Assembly (NCBI GenBank): GCA_963674865.2
Contig: CAXXYE010000003.1
Span: 1-64,000, forward strand
Source of the DNA: Candidatus Hydrogenedentota bacterium
GTDB lineage: Bacteria > Hydrogenedentota > Hydrogenedentia > Hydrogenedentales > SLHB01
DNA: 64,000 nt
Direction of reading: 5' to 3'
Shown here: one piece after another, positions 17,405 to 27,979 of the stretch
Position numbering within the stretch: position 1 is the stretch's first letter
Layout of the letters: each line of letters starts with the position of its first letter
Translations under genes and position numbers: made by a program
Notes under the pieces: generated by a model
Seen by the model: the letters and a program-made list of their open reading frames with translations, nothing else
Told to the model about the DNA's origin: nothing
Databases searched by the model: none

Positions 17405-20368
17405 ATGCTCATGCGCCGCTTGTTTATGCTTGTTGTCGCTGCCGTCTTGTGTTGTGCAACCGGCCTGGCCAAGGAAGGGCCGGTGTTGCACACGCGCGAG
17501 CAGGTTGCGCCGGCACGTGAGCGTTGCCGCACCGACGCGTGGGCCATAGGCATCCGCGAGAAGGCAGAGCAGGACGCGGCGCGCTGGGTGGATATGTCCG
17601 ACGAGGAACTCTGGGATTTCATTCTCGATGCGGAGGTGCCGCGCGCGCTCAACGTCCGCTTCGGCGTGGGATGTCCGGTTCACGGCGAGGCGGTCTTTCG
17701 CGAGGGCGGCCACTATCCCTGGCTCACCTCGAGGGCTCAGCCGTTCAAGGTCACGTGTCCCGTGGGCGGCGAAGTGTATCCGAGCAATGATTTCGATGCG
17801 TACCTCAAGGGCGGATGCAAAGAAACACTCGACACCACGCAGCCTTACGTGGACGATGGCAACGGGTGGGTCGATAAGAACGGCGATCGGTACTTCTTTG
17901 TAGGATATTACATCTTTTGGCAGCGCTGGAAGGTGGAGATCATGGGCGCCATCGACGCCCTCGGTAGGGCGTATGAGCTCTCGGGCGGCCCACGGTACGC
18001 GCACAAGCTCGGCGTGATGCTCGGACGCTTCACTGAAGTCTATCCGCGCATGGATTATCCAACGCAGGCGTACCACAACGGTAAATGGCCCGCTGAGATC
18101 AACGGGCGTATCTTCGATTACGTCTGGGAAAACCGCACCATCCAGCGGGTGGCGCGGGCCTACGATCAAGTCTACGACGCTATCGATGAGGATGCCGCGC
18201 TGGCCGGCTTTCTCGCGGAGCGGGGCATTAAGGATCTCAAGCGCGACTTCGAGCAGAAAGTACTGCATTTCATGGCGCGTGACGTGATGGAAGGGCGCAT
18301 TCGCGGCAACATGTACTATCAGCCCACGCTGGCCGAACTGGCCCTTGTCATCGACAACCAGGATCCGGCCTACGGCCCCACCACCGAGGAGATGCTCGAT
18401 TGGCTGCTCTACGGCGACGGCGAGGTCGGCATTATCTTGCACAACGGCTTCGATCGCGACGGCGCGGGGGGGGAGAGCGCCCCAGGATACAGCTCCACCT
18501 GGAACGATAATTTCTGCAACCTGGCCGACATGCTCGTGCGGCTCGGTGTGGATATCGCCGCCGAGCCGCGATGGCGCCGGATCATCCGCTTCCCTTACAA
18601 CGTCACCGTCGCGGGCAAGCACGCCCCGCGCATCGGTGATTGCGGCGGCAACATCCTCACGAGCGAGCCGCTGATCAGTCCAACCGTGTTGAAGTTCGGC
18701 TTCAAGCATTTCAAGGACCCGCAGTGCGCCCAACTGCTGGTTAAGCAGAATGCCTTCGGCGACTCGCTCTGGGGCGACGCACTCGACCGCGCCGAGGTCG
18801 AGGAGGTCGCGTCGTCCGCGCCCGATCTCACAACCTTCGGAACGCGCAACCTGGGCGGATACGGACTCGGGGTCTTCGAGTCCGGCGAGCGTGAGAACCG
18901 CCGGGCCGCTACGCTCTACTACGGTTCGCCCAACGCCTGGCACGGCCACCACGACCGCCTCACCATCGACTACTGGGCGCACGGCCGGACCTTCCTCCCC
19001 GAGATGGGCTATCCCGCCCACTGGGACGCGAAGGGCGAGCGCTTCACGCGCGGCATGCCTTCCCACTACATCGTCGAGATCGACGAGAAGCGCTCGGCCA
19101 ATCACAAGGCCCCCGGCTTCCTCGATTTCTTCGCGGCGGGATCCCGTGTCCGCGTGATGCGCGCCCACGCGGCCAAGAACCTCTATCCGGGCGTCACGGA
19201 GCTTTACGAGCGCACGCTGGCCATGATCGACGTGGGCGATGAGTCTTTCCTCGTCGATCTATTCCGCGTTCGCGGCGGTGGCCTCCACGACTACCATTTC
19301 CACGGCCTGCCCTTCGGCGCGTTCACCACGGAGGGCCTCGAACTCGTTTCCGCCCAGGAGCGAGGGACGCTTCTCGGCGAAGACGTGGCCTGGGGCGAGG
19401 ACACTACGAAGAACTCCAGCGGATACGACTTCTTTCGCAATGTCCGCCGTTACCGCGCGGGGGGCGTGTGGTCGGCGCGCTGGGCGGGACGCGATGACTG
19501 CCGCCTTGCCTACTGGATGCCCGCTTCTCCGGAGGTCATTGTTTGCGATGGCGAGCCGCCGGTGAAACCGGACTATCCGGCCTCCATGGAGTTCGTCGTC
19601 GTCCGCAACCGGGCCTCCGAGAGCCGATTCCCCGCCGTGATCGCTCCCAGCCGGGATTCGGACGTCGTGCAGTCCGCCGCGTTCGATTGCCGGGAGGGCG
19701 CGGCCGTCTACGAAGTGGAAACCTGTGAGGGCACTTGGCGGGTGGTTATCCAAGACGACGGCGGATTCGAGGCGGTGCTCACGCAGGGCGGCCAGTTGAT
19801 CTACGCCTTCGCGGCGAACAAGGAGAGGTTCGCCTGCAATGGGCAGCGACTCCGGCCCAAGGATAGCCGCCGCTACACCATCACCTCCGTGGACTGCACG
19901 TCAAACGAGGTCACCGTGGATCGCCGGATTCGGAAACCGGAGCAGCTTGTCGGCGAGGTGGCCGTTGTGTCCGGCGGCGGCAATTCCGGTTCTTACACGG
20001 CCACGCAAGTAGAAGGCCGCGCCATCCGGTTCGACGGCCCGGCAACCATTGGCATGATTATCGTGGACGACCTCGCCGGCAACGTGGTGACCACCAGCAC
20101 ACGGCTCCGCGGCTATGGCCGACAGTTCGGCTCCCGCGACCTCACCGGCATCGCCCTCATTGGCGAGGACATGCGGCATCCCGTCCACATCATCGCCGTC
20201 GAGGAGGCTAAAGAGGAGCCCACCCGCTTCACCCTCGCCGAGCCCGTCGCCCTGCCCGACGCGGACAACGACGGCCGCCGGCTCGCCTATTTGACGGATC
20301 TCGCGCCGGGATATGACCTCAGCTTTACGCCTTGGGCCGAGATCGAGGGCGAGCATGCAGGTGAGTGA
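17405..20368 (+). CDS. Secreted heparinase II/III-family polysaccharide lyase-like protein
   Basis: Signal peptide, alpha-toroid segment (DGAGGESAPGY), then HGHHDRLTI...LPEMGYP and HYIVEID. Confidence 0.7.
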   Translation: MLMRRLFMLVVAAVLCCATGLAKEGPVLHTREQVAPARERCRTDAWAIGIREKAEQDAARWVDMSDEELWDFILDAEVPRALNVRFGVGCPVHGEAVFREGGHYPWLTSRAQPFKVTCPVGGEVYPSNDFDAYLKGGCKETLDTTQPYVDDGNGWVDKNGDRYFFVGYYIFWQRWKVEIMGAIDALGRAYELSGGPRYAHKLGVMLGRFTEVYPRMDYPTQAYHNGKWPAEINGRIFDYVWENRTIQRVARAYDQVYDAIDEDAALAGFLAERGIKDLKRDFEQKVLHFMARDVMEGRIRGNMYYQPTLAELALVIDNQDPAYGPTTEEMLDWLLYGDGEVGIILHNGFDRDGAGGESAPGYSSTWNDNFCNLADMLVRLGVDIAAEPRWRRIIRFPYNVTVAGKHAPRIGDCGGNILTSEPLISPTVLKFGFKHFKDPQCAQLLVKQNAFGDSLWGDALDRAEVEEVASSAPDLTTFGTRNLGGYGLGVFESGERENRRAATLYYGSPNAWHGHHDRLTIDYWAHGRTFLPEMGYPAHWDAKGERFTRGMPSHYIVEIDEKRSANHKAPGFLDFFAAGSRVRVMRAHAAKNLYPGVTELYERTLAMIDVGDESFLVDLFRVRGGGLHDYHFHGLPFGAFTTEGLELVSAQERGTLLGEDVAWGEDTTKNSSGYDFFRNVRRYRAGGVWSARWAGRDDCRLAYWMPASPEVIVCDGEPPVKPDYPASMEFVVVRNRASESRFPAVIAPSRDSDVVQSAAFDCREGAAVYEVETCEGTWRVVIQDDGGFEAVLTQGGQLIYAFAANKERFACNGQRLRPKDSRRYTITSVDCTSNEVTVDRRIRKPEQLVGEVAVVSGGGNSGSYTATQVEGRAIRFDGPATIGMIIVDDLAGNVVTTSTRLRGYGRQFGSRDLTGIALIGEDMRHPVHIIAVEEAKEEPTRFTLAEPVALPDADNDGRRLAYLTDLAPGYDLSFTPWAEIEGEHAGE

Positions 20369-20397
20369 CATCGGGCCGCAGGCGTCTAAAGTTCTTT

Positions 20398-20542
20398 AAC
20401 GCAAAGACGCAGAGGCCGCAGAGGAACGCAGAGAGTCGTCTTCGCACATCCGCAAATCGGTTATGTATCGGCTTTCATCTCCAGTTCGAATGCGCTCAGA
20501 CGTACACGGGAAGAGACCGCCCGTTTTCGTGTTTCTCGTGGC
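20398..20542. repeat. Diverged ~150-bp repeat, copy 1 (copy 2 at 22154..22307)
   Basis: aacgcaaagacgcag.ggccgcagaggaacgc.gagagtcgt...acacgggaagag...tcgtggc is shared by both copies. Confidence 0.7.
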
Positions 20543-20700
20543 GGGTGGCTCAGGAGTTCTTGAATGGCTCGTGCTGTTTTCAACCACCAAGGCACAAAGG
20601 CACGAAGAATCTTGGTGTCTTCATGCTAACAGAGGATTCAAACACGGATCCTTGCACGTGGACGATAGGCCCTGGGCGGATCAGCATCCGCCCAAAGCCA

Positions 20701-21792
20701 TTACGATTCCTCCGGCGACGCAGCGGTGGACGAGGTCAGCGGCCCGAGTTCATTGAGGCGCCGGGCATAGTCAATGAGGGGGAACACCGTATCCATGGTT
20801 AGATCTTGCGAGCCGGCGATGCCGTTGTCCTCAATAAAGTGCGCATACTCCCGCAGAAGGCCCGTTTGCGCCGGCTTCATATTGCGGCGCACCTCCGCGT
20901 CGGTTAGACAGCGATCAAGAATACTCCTGCAGGCGTAGGCGACGGCCCGACAATCCGACGGCAACGCCCTGTTAGGTTTAGGAAGGCCGAGAGTCTCCGC
21001 ATCCAGTGCGTCTTGGCGCACCTCCGCTTCGTACTCCTCAATCTTGCGTTCGGCGGCGCTAACAATGATAGGAAGGGTGCGTCCGTCCGGATCAAGTTGA
21101 GCCGCAAGGACCGGGACGGAGTTCCCGAGATCCGCTTCGCGGCCCTCGGCATAATCCCGGCAGAACTGCGTAAGCGCATCGGCGAGCTCCTGTTTCTCCG
21201 CCGGCGATCCGTCTTCCGCGACGGCCATGAACCTCCGCACCCTAGGCTCGGCCGCATCACAAGCCAAGGACTCATTGAAGTCTCGCTTAAGGATGACAAG
21301 AATCCGTGATGTCCGATGCAACGCCGTGTGCGTCCAATGGCAGTTCTCATTGTGAAGATGCCAAAGTGATTCCTCGAACGTCTCGCGCTGCGCCGTGTCC
21401 CAGTCGGCCATCCACTTGGCGTAGATCGTGGGATTCCGCTCCAGGAAGCCCATGAATTTGCTGTAAAGCTCTGTCTTCTCGACCACGGCCCAGAAAGGGG
21501 CCGAAGGAAGGTTTTTGCCACCTTCAGCGTTGTCCAGAACGCCGGCCAAAAGGGATTGCATCGCTTTCGGCGGCTCAGGGGCGGTTTCAGGGGGCAAAGC
21601 CGGCGCACCCTCTTCAACTGGCGTCTTTTCTTCGACCGCCGGTGCCGGTGTCGCCACTGAAACGCCATCGCGCGGCCCCGAGCGCATCATCACGACGCAC
21701 ACCACGGCTATCACGCAGAGAAGTCCTATCAGAATCACCCAAGCTCGAACTGACAACCTGGACACGGTACTGCCTCCTCCCGGCTCCGACAC
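20701..21792 (-). CDS. Hypothetical N-terminally anchored helical protein
   Basis: Single TM, Pro/Glu-rich linker and helical domain; no recognised motif. Confidence 0.55.
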   Translation of the reverse strand: MSEPGGGSTVSRLSVRAWVILIGLLCVIAVVCVVMMRSGPRDGVSVATPAPAVEEKTPVEEGAPALPPETAPEPPKAMQSLLAGVLDNAEGGKNLPSAPFWAVVEKTELYSKFMGFLERNPTIYAKWMADWDTAQRETFEESLWHLHNENCHWTHTALHRTSRILVILKRDFNESLACDAAEPRVRRFMAVAEDGSPAEKQELADALTQFCRDYAEGREADLGNSVPVLAAQLDPDGRTLPIIVSAAERKIEEYEAEVRQDALDAETLGLPKPNRALPSDCRAVAYACRSILDRCLTDAEVRRNMKPAQTGLLREYAHFIEDNGIAGSQDLTMDTVFPLIDYARRLNELGPLTSSTAASPEES

Positions 21793-22153
21793 GATAGCCT
21801 AAGGTGGCAAAAGACGCGCTATCGAGAACGATATAGACGCCCAATGCCTATCGCTTTCCCCACGCAGAGAACAGAAAAGAGTATTGGGTTATCTATTATT
21901 ACTGACGTAGTATATCATACGTTCACCGATAGGACCTTTATGAATTGGACGCCATCTGCAGTTCCCGGCATCCTGCCGGCGCCAAGTCACTAGTCGGCTT
22001 CGTGCCTTTGAGCCTTAGTGGTAACAAAAGGCCCAGAGCATTCAGGCGTTGGTCTTTCTTCATCCCCGTCATGCAAACCGGCGCACTTCTGCGCGGTACA
22101 CATCTTCTTCGCATTGTTTTGCGAACTCGGTGGCGCTGCCTCTGGAGTCCTTC

Positions 22154-22307
22154 AACGCAAAGACGCAGGGGCCGCAGAGGAACGCGGAGAGTCGTTCTTC
22201 CCATCGGCAGATTGGCTATGTATTTGCATTCATCCTTATCGCGGATGAATGCATATGCACACGGGAAGAGGATTCCAGTTTTCGAGGCCCTTGGTGCTTT
22301 TCGTGGC
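22154..22307. repeat. Diverged ~150-bp repeat, copy 2
   Basis: See 20398..20542. Confidence 0.7.
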
Positions 22308-22356
22308 CGATACCGACATGTGGCTCGGGAGTCCTCCCCGTGGTCTCCTCTGCGGA

Positions 22357-23745
22357 TCAGAAGCCGAATCCGAACAACTCCGGCTCCTGGTGTGTCTCCA
22401 GGAACATGAGCGCAAGGAAAAGAAATCCCACGCCGTCCACGGCTTCGTAGGCATGGGCGCCGGGGCGGCCAAGGAACATGCCGTTTTCGACGAGCACGGA
22501 CAGCGCCTCCTCGGCCAATTGCGCGGCGCCGGTGAGGAATGCCTGCTCATCCAATTGCAGTCCGGCGCGGGTGAGTGAGTGAATGCACCGGCCGTAGCTC
22601 TCGGCGTAGGCCCACGTTCCCGTCGCGCCGGGGCGGCTGTCGAGCGCTATGCGGGCCCACCGGAGTGCCGCGTCGAGAAACGACTGCTCGCCGGTGAGGG
22701 CGTGGAGCGATAGCGACGCTTCGGCCAGGGGCATCGGATAATCGTGGGTGGGCCACTGATCCGTATTCCACGGATCTGCGTACTCGCGGGGCCAGTAGCC
22801 TGTCTCGCTGGGCACGACGGGCTGCCCGTTGCTGACACTGACCTGGCCGAAGTACTTCCCCGATTCCTCATCGTAAGCATGCTCGAGATAGGAGCGCGCC
22901 GCATCGCACGCCATGCCGATGAACTCGTCATTCGACGTGTAGCGCCCGGCCCGGACGAGGCATTGCGCCCACAGGCCGATTTCACTTGTGCAGACGTTGG
23001 CGTCCCACCGGCCCATATCGGGCTCATTGGGCACGAGTCCTGTCGAAGGGTTGCGATGGCCGTAGCTGTACCGGGCGATCTGTCGGGCCATCTCCAGCAG
23101 TTCGTTGTCCGTTGTCTTGCCGTAGAGCCAAGCCAGCGACTCGCTCAAAATGCCGCCCGCTTCGATGAAGGCGTGCCCTTTCTTGCCGTCGTCATGGCGA
23201 TTGAAGCCGCCCGTGGCCGGATCGTAGACGTGACGTCTCGCCATCGAGCGGATATACGTCGCCGTCTGTAGCGGGGCATGCCGCCAGAAAATGTCCCACG
23301 CGGGCGTGATCGGGCGCAACTCGTGGTGCCCGTGGTGGAACTCGACCACCTCGTTTCGGAACACGTCGTAGTAGGCGTGGTTTCCCCAGCGGAACATGCC
23401 GGTATCCGATACGCACCGCGATAGGAAGGCGTCCACGTAGCGATCGGCGGCTTGGCCGTATTGCGGCCGGCCCGTCAGTTCGGATAACGCCTTGGCGGCC
23501 ACGATCATGGGCTGATCCCAGTAGAGCGTGCTCCCCCGCGGCGCTCCGATGAGTCGGTAGACGCGTTGCGGCACATGCTCTCCATCCGGGCGCCGTCCGG
23601 TGCGGACGTCGAGCACGCTCGGCCACATACCCCCGGCATCTCCAGAGGCCGATATCAGCCTCTGCAGATGGCTTTCAAGCGCGGCAAGATACACGCGTGT
23701 TCCTTCCTTCCGCTTACGAACCCATTGGCCTGGCCAGGATAGCAC
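22357..23745 (-). CDS. Hypothetical (alpha/alpha)-barrel carbohydrate-active protein, possibly pectate-lyase-like; start uncertain
   Basis: LSELTG...YGQAADRY, GMFRWGNHAYYD and HELRP helical repeat pattern. Confidence 0.5.
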   Translation of the reverse strand: MLSWPGQWVRKRKEGTRVYLAALESHLQRLISASGDAGGMWPSVLDVRTGRRPDGEHVPQRVYRLIGAPRGSTLYWDQPMIVAAKALSELTGRPQYGQAADRYVDAFLSRCVSDTGMFRWGNHAYYDVFRNEVVEFHHGHHELRPITPAWDIFWRHAPLQTATYIRSMARRHVYDPATGGFNRHDDGKKGHAFIEAGGILSESLAWLYGKTTDNELLEMARQIARYSYGHRNPSTGLVPNEPDMGRWDANVCTSEIGLWAQCLVRAGRYTSNDEFIGMACDAARSYLEHAYDEESGKYFGQVSVSNGQPVVPSETGYWPREYADPWNTDQWPTHDYPMPLAEASLSLHALTGEQSFLDAALRWARIALDSRPGATGTWAYAESYGRCIHSLTRAGLQLDEQAFLTGAAQLAEEALSVLVENGMFLGRPGAHAYEAVDGVGFLFLALMFLETHQEPELFGFGF

Positions 23746-24065
23746 ATCGTCGTCTTGCCCTTAACTTGGTGAGGCGCTGGCCACGTCACCGTGCCGCCGG
23801 CGTGAGGATAGTCCGATGGGGGCTATCCGCATTGGCAGGGCCTGTAAACGGTTACAAGAAAAGCAAATAGGCTTCCTGAGAGATGAGGCTATTGCCCGCG
23901 TTGGCGGTCGGTCCCGCGTGCCGGCCCGGCGACAGCTCGCCAGCTAGTTGATGTGCGCATGCGTCATGTTCGTGTGTAACGTATTGTCTTTCAGTAGCTT
24001 ATGGCGCGGCCCGCCCGGGTGAAAGAAGCGTCCGACGCTGTCTTGTCTAAGGGTAGTCGTACCTC

Positions 24066-24094
24066 TTGACAGAGGGCCAAGGATGTGTTACGAT
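24066..24094 (+). promoter_or_regulatory. Sigma70-type promoter of groEL
   Basis: TTGACA (24066-71), 17 bp spacer, TGnTACGAT extended -10 (hexamer 24089-94). Confidence 0.8.
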
Positions 24095-24103
24095 TCGCGA
24101 TTG

Positions 24104-24130
24104 TTAGCACTCGGTTGTGAGGAGTGCTAA
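24104..24130 (+). promoter_or_regulatory. CIRCE operator (HrcA site)
   Basis: Perfect TTAGCACTC-N9-GAGTGCTAA. Confidence 0.97.
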
Positions 24131-24194
24131 CACGAAATTGCCTCGGGCAAACACCCAAACAGGGTTCATCAGTGGATTCAGAGGAGGTACTGCA

Positions 24195-25871
24195 ATGGCC
24201 AAGCAGTTGAAATTCGACCAACAGGCGCGCGCGGCCATGATCGCGGGGGCCGACCAATTGGCGAACGCGGTCAAGGCGACATTAGGTCCCAGAGGCCGGA
24301 ATGTCGTGTTGGAGAAGTCGTATGGTGCGCCGAATGTGACGAAGGACGGCGTGTCGGTGGCAAAGGAAGTCGAGTTGCCGGACCCGTACGAGGACATGGG
24401 CGCGCGGATGATCCGCGAGGCGTCGAGCAAGACTCATGACGTGGCCGGCGACGGCACGACCACGGCGACGGTGCTTGCGCAGGAAATGGTTCACGAGGGA
24501 ATGCGCCACGTGACGGCGGGCGCGAATCCGATGCATCTGAAGCGCGGCATGGAGAAGGCGCTGGCGGCGGTGTTGGCGGACATCGAAGCACAGAGCAAGA
24601 AAGTGCGCGACCGCAGTGACATCGAGCATGTGGCCACCGTGTCCGCCAATGGCGACACGGAGATCGGCTCGATGATCGCCGAAGCCATCGAGACGGTAGG
24701 TGATGACGGCGTTGTCACCATCGAAGAAGGCAAGGGGCTGACCACCGAGCTTGAGGTCGTTCAGGGCATGCAGTTCGACCGCGGCTATATGTCTCCCTAC
24801 TTCGTCACCGATGCAGAGACGATGAAGACCGAACTGGAAGACTGCTACATCCTCTGCCACGAGAAGAAGATCAGTTCCATCCAAGAGATCCTGCCCTTGC
24901 TGCAAGCTGCCGCGCAGAGCGGCAAGCCGCTGCTTATCATCGCCGAAGACGTCGAGGGCGAGGCGTTGGCCACGCTCGTGGTGAACCGGCTTCGCGGCAT
25001 TCTGAACTGCGCCGCGGTCAAGGCGCCGGCGTTCGGCGACCGCCGCAAGGAAATCCTGCGGGACATCGCGGTGCTGACGGGCGGCACGGTTCTTTCCGAA
25101 GACCTTGGCGCCAAGCTCGAGAACATCACCTTGGAGGAGCTTGGCCGGGCCAAGCGCGTCGAGATCACCAAAGACAACACCACGCTCATCGAAGGCGCGG
25201 GCGATAAGAAAGAGATGCTCGGACGGTGCGAACTCATTCGCAAAGGCATTGAGACCACGACCTCCGACTATGATCGCGAGAAGCTCCAAGAGCGCCTGGC
25301 GAAGCTGGCGGGCGGCGTCGCCGTTATCAAAGTCGGCGCCCCGACGGAAATTGCGCTGAAGGAAAAGAAGGCGCGCACCGAGGACGCTCTCAACGCGACG
25401 CGCGCGGCCATCGAAGAAGGCTTTGTGGCCGGCGGCGGCGTAGCCTTCCTGCACGCGCGCAAGAAGGTCGAGGCCCTCAAGCTCGAGGGCGATGAGGCGA
25501 CGGGCGCGGGAATCGTGGCCAAGGCGCTCAGCGCTCCCGTCACGCAGATTGCCAACAATGCGGGCCTCGAAGGGGCCGTGATGGCCATCGCCGTGTCTAA
25601 GGCGAAGTCCAACGTCGGCCTGAACGCGGCTACGGGCGAGCTGGAAGACCTTGTCGAAGTGGGCATCATCGACCCGGCGAAGGTGCTGCGTTCCGCGATT
25701 CAGAACGCCGTCAGTGTGGCGGGCGTCTTCGTGACTACCGAGTGCATGATCACCGATATCCCCGAAGAGAAGAAAGCTGCCCCGGCGATGCCTGCCGGCG
25801 GCGGCATGGGCGGTATGGGTGGCATGGGCGGTATGGGCGGCATGGGCGGTATGCCCGGAATGGGAATGTAA
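24195..25871 (+). CDS. groEL: Chaperonin GroEL
   Basis: [35 protein letters not shown] and a GGM tail; gaggagg RBS. Confidence 0.99.
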   Translation: MAKQLKFDQQARAAMIAGADQLANAVKATLGPRGRNVVLEKSYGAPNVTKDGVSVAKEVELPDPYEDMGARMIREASSKTHDVAGDGTTTATVLAQEMVHEGMRHVTAGANPMHLKRGMEKALAAVLADIEAQSKKVRDRSDIEHVATVSANGDTEIGSMIAEAIETVGDDGVVTIEEGKGLTTELEVVQGMQFDRGYMSPYFVTDAETMKTELEDCYILCHEKKISSIQEILPLLQAAAQSGKPLLIIAEDVEGEALATLVVNRLRGILNCAAVKAPAFGDRRKEILRDIAVLTGGTVLSEDLGAKLENITLEELGRAKRVEITKDNTTLIEGAGDKKEMLGRCELIRKGIETTTSDYDREKLQERLAKLAGGVAVIKVGAPTEIALKEKKARTEDALNATRAAIEEGFVAGGGVAFLHARKKVEALKLEGDEATGAGIVAKALSAPVTQIANNAGLEGAVMAIAVSKAKSNVGLNAATGELEDLVEVGIIDPAKVLRSAIQNAVSVAGVFVTTECMITDIPEEKKAAPAMPAGGGMGGMGGMGGMGGMGGMPGMGM

Positions 25872-25899
25872 TCCCGTAGTTGCCGCGCGGCTGAATACC

Positions 25900-25945
25900 A
25901 CGGCGCCGGTCTTCCTGCGAAGGAGGCCGGCGCCGTTTTCTTTGT
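25900..25945 (+). terminator. Rho-independent terminator
   Basis: acggcgccggtcttcc-tgcgaa-ggaggccggcgccgt followed by tttctttg. Confidence 0.8.
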
Positions 25946-26055
25946 GTTCTCTTCGGGCGCCGGTTCCGATCTCGAGGGCGGTATACGCTCCCTTCTCAGT
26001 CTATGCTATATTGACAGGGGGATGTTGTCTTGATGCCTATCATGAGGGACCCGTC

Positions 26056-27531
26056 ATGAAGAAGACTGCGGTATTGCTCACTTTCCTTGTGTTGCCCCTT
26101 CTGCTGGCCGGCTGTCCTAGCCCTTCCGCCGTGAAGATCCCGGACACGACCAAGGTCCTGGACGCGGCGACGCGCGATTGCCTGGTGGCGGTGTCGGAAG
26201 TCTATGACCTCACGTTCTCGGAAAGCACCGGGATGCTTGACGGCTTGGCCGTGGGAGATGTCGTGGTCTGCGGCGTAGGCCAGGCTGCGCCGGCAGGGCT
26301 TCTCCGCAAGGTCGCCGGCTTTACGCCCACCAAGACGGGCGTCATCGTCCAAACAAGCTCGGCGGCGCTCGATGAAGCGGTCGAGGAGGGGACGCTTGAC
26401 GCGCATAAGACGCTTACCACGGCCGACCTCCAGGAGGAGAAGTACTGGTTCTCCGGGATTAGCCTGGAACGGGGCATGTCGGCCAAGAGCGGGGATGATT
26501 TCCTTGTGACGTTGGACAACGTTGCCGTGTACGAGTCGGGCGATGACAAGATCACCGTTTCGGGGGACGTCACCTTCTCACCGAGTTTCGACCTGACGGT
26601 CGATTTCGAGGCTTTGGCCGTGAAGGAGATCGCGTTTGAGTATGAAACCGATGTGGAGGCCAACATCGAGCTCGACGCGGAGTTCAGCCATCAACTTCCG
26701 GAGACGTGGGAGGAGAGCATCGCGACCTTCGTGTTTAGCCCCATCGAGTTTTATATCGGCACCGTGCCCGTGGTCCTCGTGCCTCAATTGGACCTCTCCT
26801 TGCAGGTGGATGGCGATGTGATCGCCGGCCTGTCGGCAAATGTAAGCGATGAGGGATCGCTCACGCTCACGGCCTCCTACCAGGGCGGGACATGGACCAC
26901 GGCGAGCGATATGTCCGGCGAGGCCTTTGACTATTCGCCGCTTACGGCGCCCGACGGAGGGGCCGCCGCTTCCGTCGAGGCAGGCCCCGGCTTCAGTCTG
27001 CTCTTCTACGGCCTGGCCGGTTCCTACGGCAATGTTCAGGCGTTCATGGGCGTCGAGACGGCGATGGAAAAGGCGGACGTCCAGTGGACGCTGACGGGGG
27101 GCTTCGACGGCTGCCTCGGCTTCGATGCCGCCCCTCTCAGCCAAGGCATTGCGGACTGTTCGCTCGCCACGCCCTTGAACTACCGGACAACCATCGCGTC
27201 CGGGCCTACGGCGTACACGGATGTGACGGTCGAGGAGGGCTATCAACTCTGGCAGTCCGGGGTGTTTGTCCTCGATGTGCGCACCACATCCGAATATGAG
27301 GCCGGCCATCTTCCCGGAGCGTACAATATCAACGTGAGCGAATTGCAGGGCCGTCTCGATGAGATCGACGAACACAAGAACGACACGATCCTTGTGAATT
27401 GCAAGAGCGGCGGGCGAAGCGCGACGGCCTCTCAACTGCTGGCCGGCGCGGGCTTCACGAAGATCAAGAATATGCTGGGCGGCTTCCTCGCGTGGGAAGA
27501 CGAAGGCTATCCCGTCGAGTACGGCTCGTAA
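26056..27531 (+). CDS. Lipoprotein with a beta-rich domain and C-terminal rhodanese domain
   Basis: Lipobox LLAGC. C-terminal LDVRTTSEYEAGHLPGA...CKSGGRS...NMLGGFLAW. Confidence 0.8.
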   Translation: MKKTAVLLTFLVLPLLLAGCPSPSAVKIPDTTKVLDAATRDCLVAVSEVYDLTFSESTGMLDGLAVGDVVVCGVGQAAPAGLLRKVAGFTPTKTGVIVQTSSAALDEAVEEGTLDAHKTLTTADLQEEKYWFSGISLERGMSAKSGDDFLVTLDNVAVYESGDDKITVSGDVTFSPSFDLTVDFEALAVKEIAFEYETDVEANIELDAEFSHQLPETWEESIATFVFSPIEFYIGTVPVVLVPQLDLSLQVDGDVIAGLSANVSDEGSLTLTASYQGGTWTTASDMSGEAFDYSPLTAPDGGAAASVEAGPGFSLLFYGLAGSYGNVQAFMGVETAMEKADVQWTLTGGFDGCLGFDAAPLSQGIADCSLATPLNYRTTIASGPTAYTDVTVEEGYQLWQSGVFVLDVRTTSEYEAGHLPGAYNINVSELQGRLDEIDEHKNDTILVNCKSGGRSATASQLLAGAGFTKIKNMLGGFLAWEDEGYPVEYGS

Positions 27532-27550
27532 ACCAAGCGCTAGGGGGGCG

Positions 27551-27979
27551 TCACTGCGTGGGCGCGTCCTCCCCTTGGCCCGCCCCGAGGGCGCGCGCGA
27601 CGTTTGCCGGAAGGGGAACCGACTTCCCCGTCTTCTGATTGACGACGACGTGCGTCGTCCTCAGGGAGCAGGCGCGCCGGCCTTCGGCGTTATGAAACAC
27701 GTAAGCGAGCGTGAACTTCCGGCGCCGGACCTTCTCGACGGTAACGGTGATCGTTACCGCCTCGCCGGCCCAAAGTGGCACGCGGTAGTCGCTCTCGGCA
27801 TGCACCACGGGAATGATGTAGCCGCCTTCGCGGATCTCCCGGCCGAAGTTGATGCCCTGGCCGTCCATGAAGGCCTCATAGGCATCGTGGGCCAGGGCGA
27901 AGTAGTTCGCGAAGAAGAGCACGCCCGCCGCGTCCGTATCACGCAGTTTGATGCTCGTCTGGCACGTGAACGTAGTCAC
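27551..27979 (-). CDS. Acyl-CoA thioesterase (4HBT/DHNA-CoA hydrolase-like)
   Basis: DTDAAGVLFFANYF hotdog-fold motif. Confidence 0.85.
   Translation of the reverse strand: MTTFTCQTSIKLRDTDAAGVLFFANYFALAHDAYEAFMDGQGINFGREIREGGYIIPVVHAESDYRVPLWAGEAVTITVTVEKVRRRKFTLAYVFHNAEGRRACSLRTTHVVVNQKTGKSVPLPANVARALGAGQGEDAPTQ

Noticed and set aside
25796..25868. Tandem ggcggcatg repeats
   Set aside because: This is the ordinary GGM tail of GroEL.
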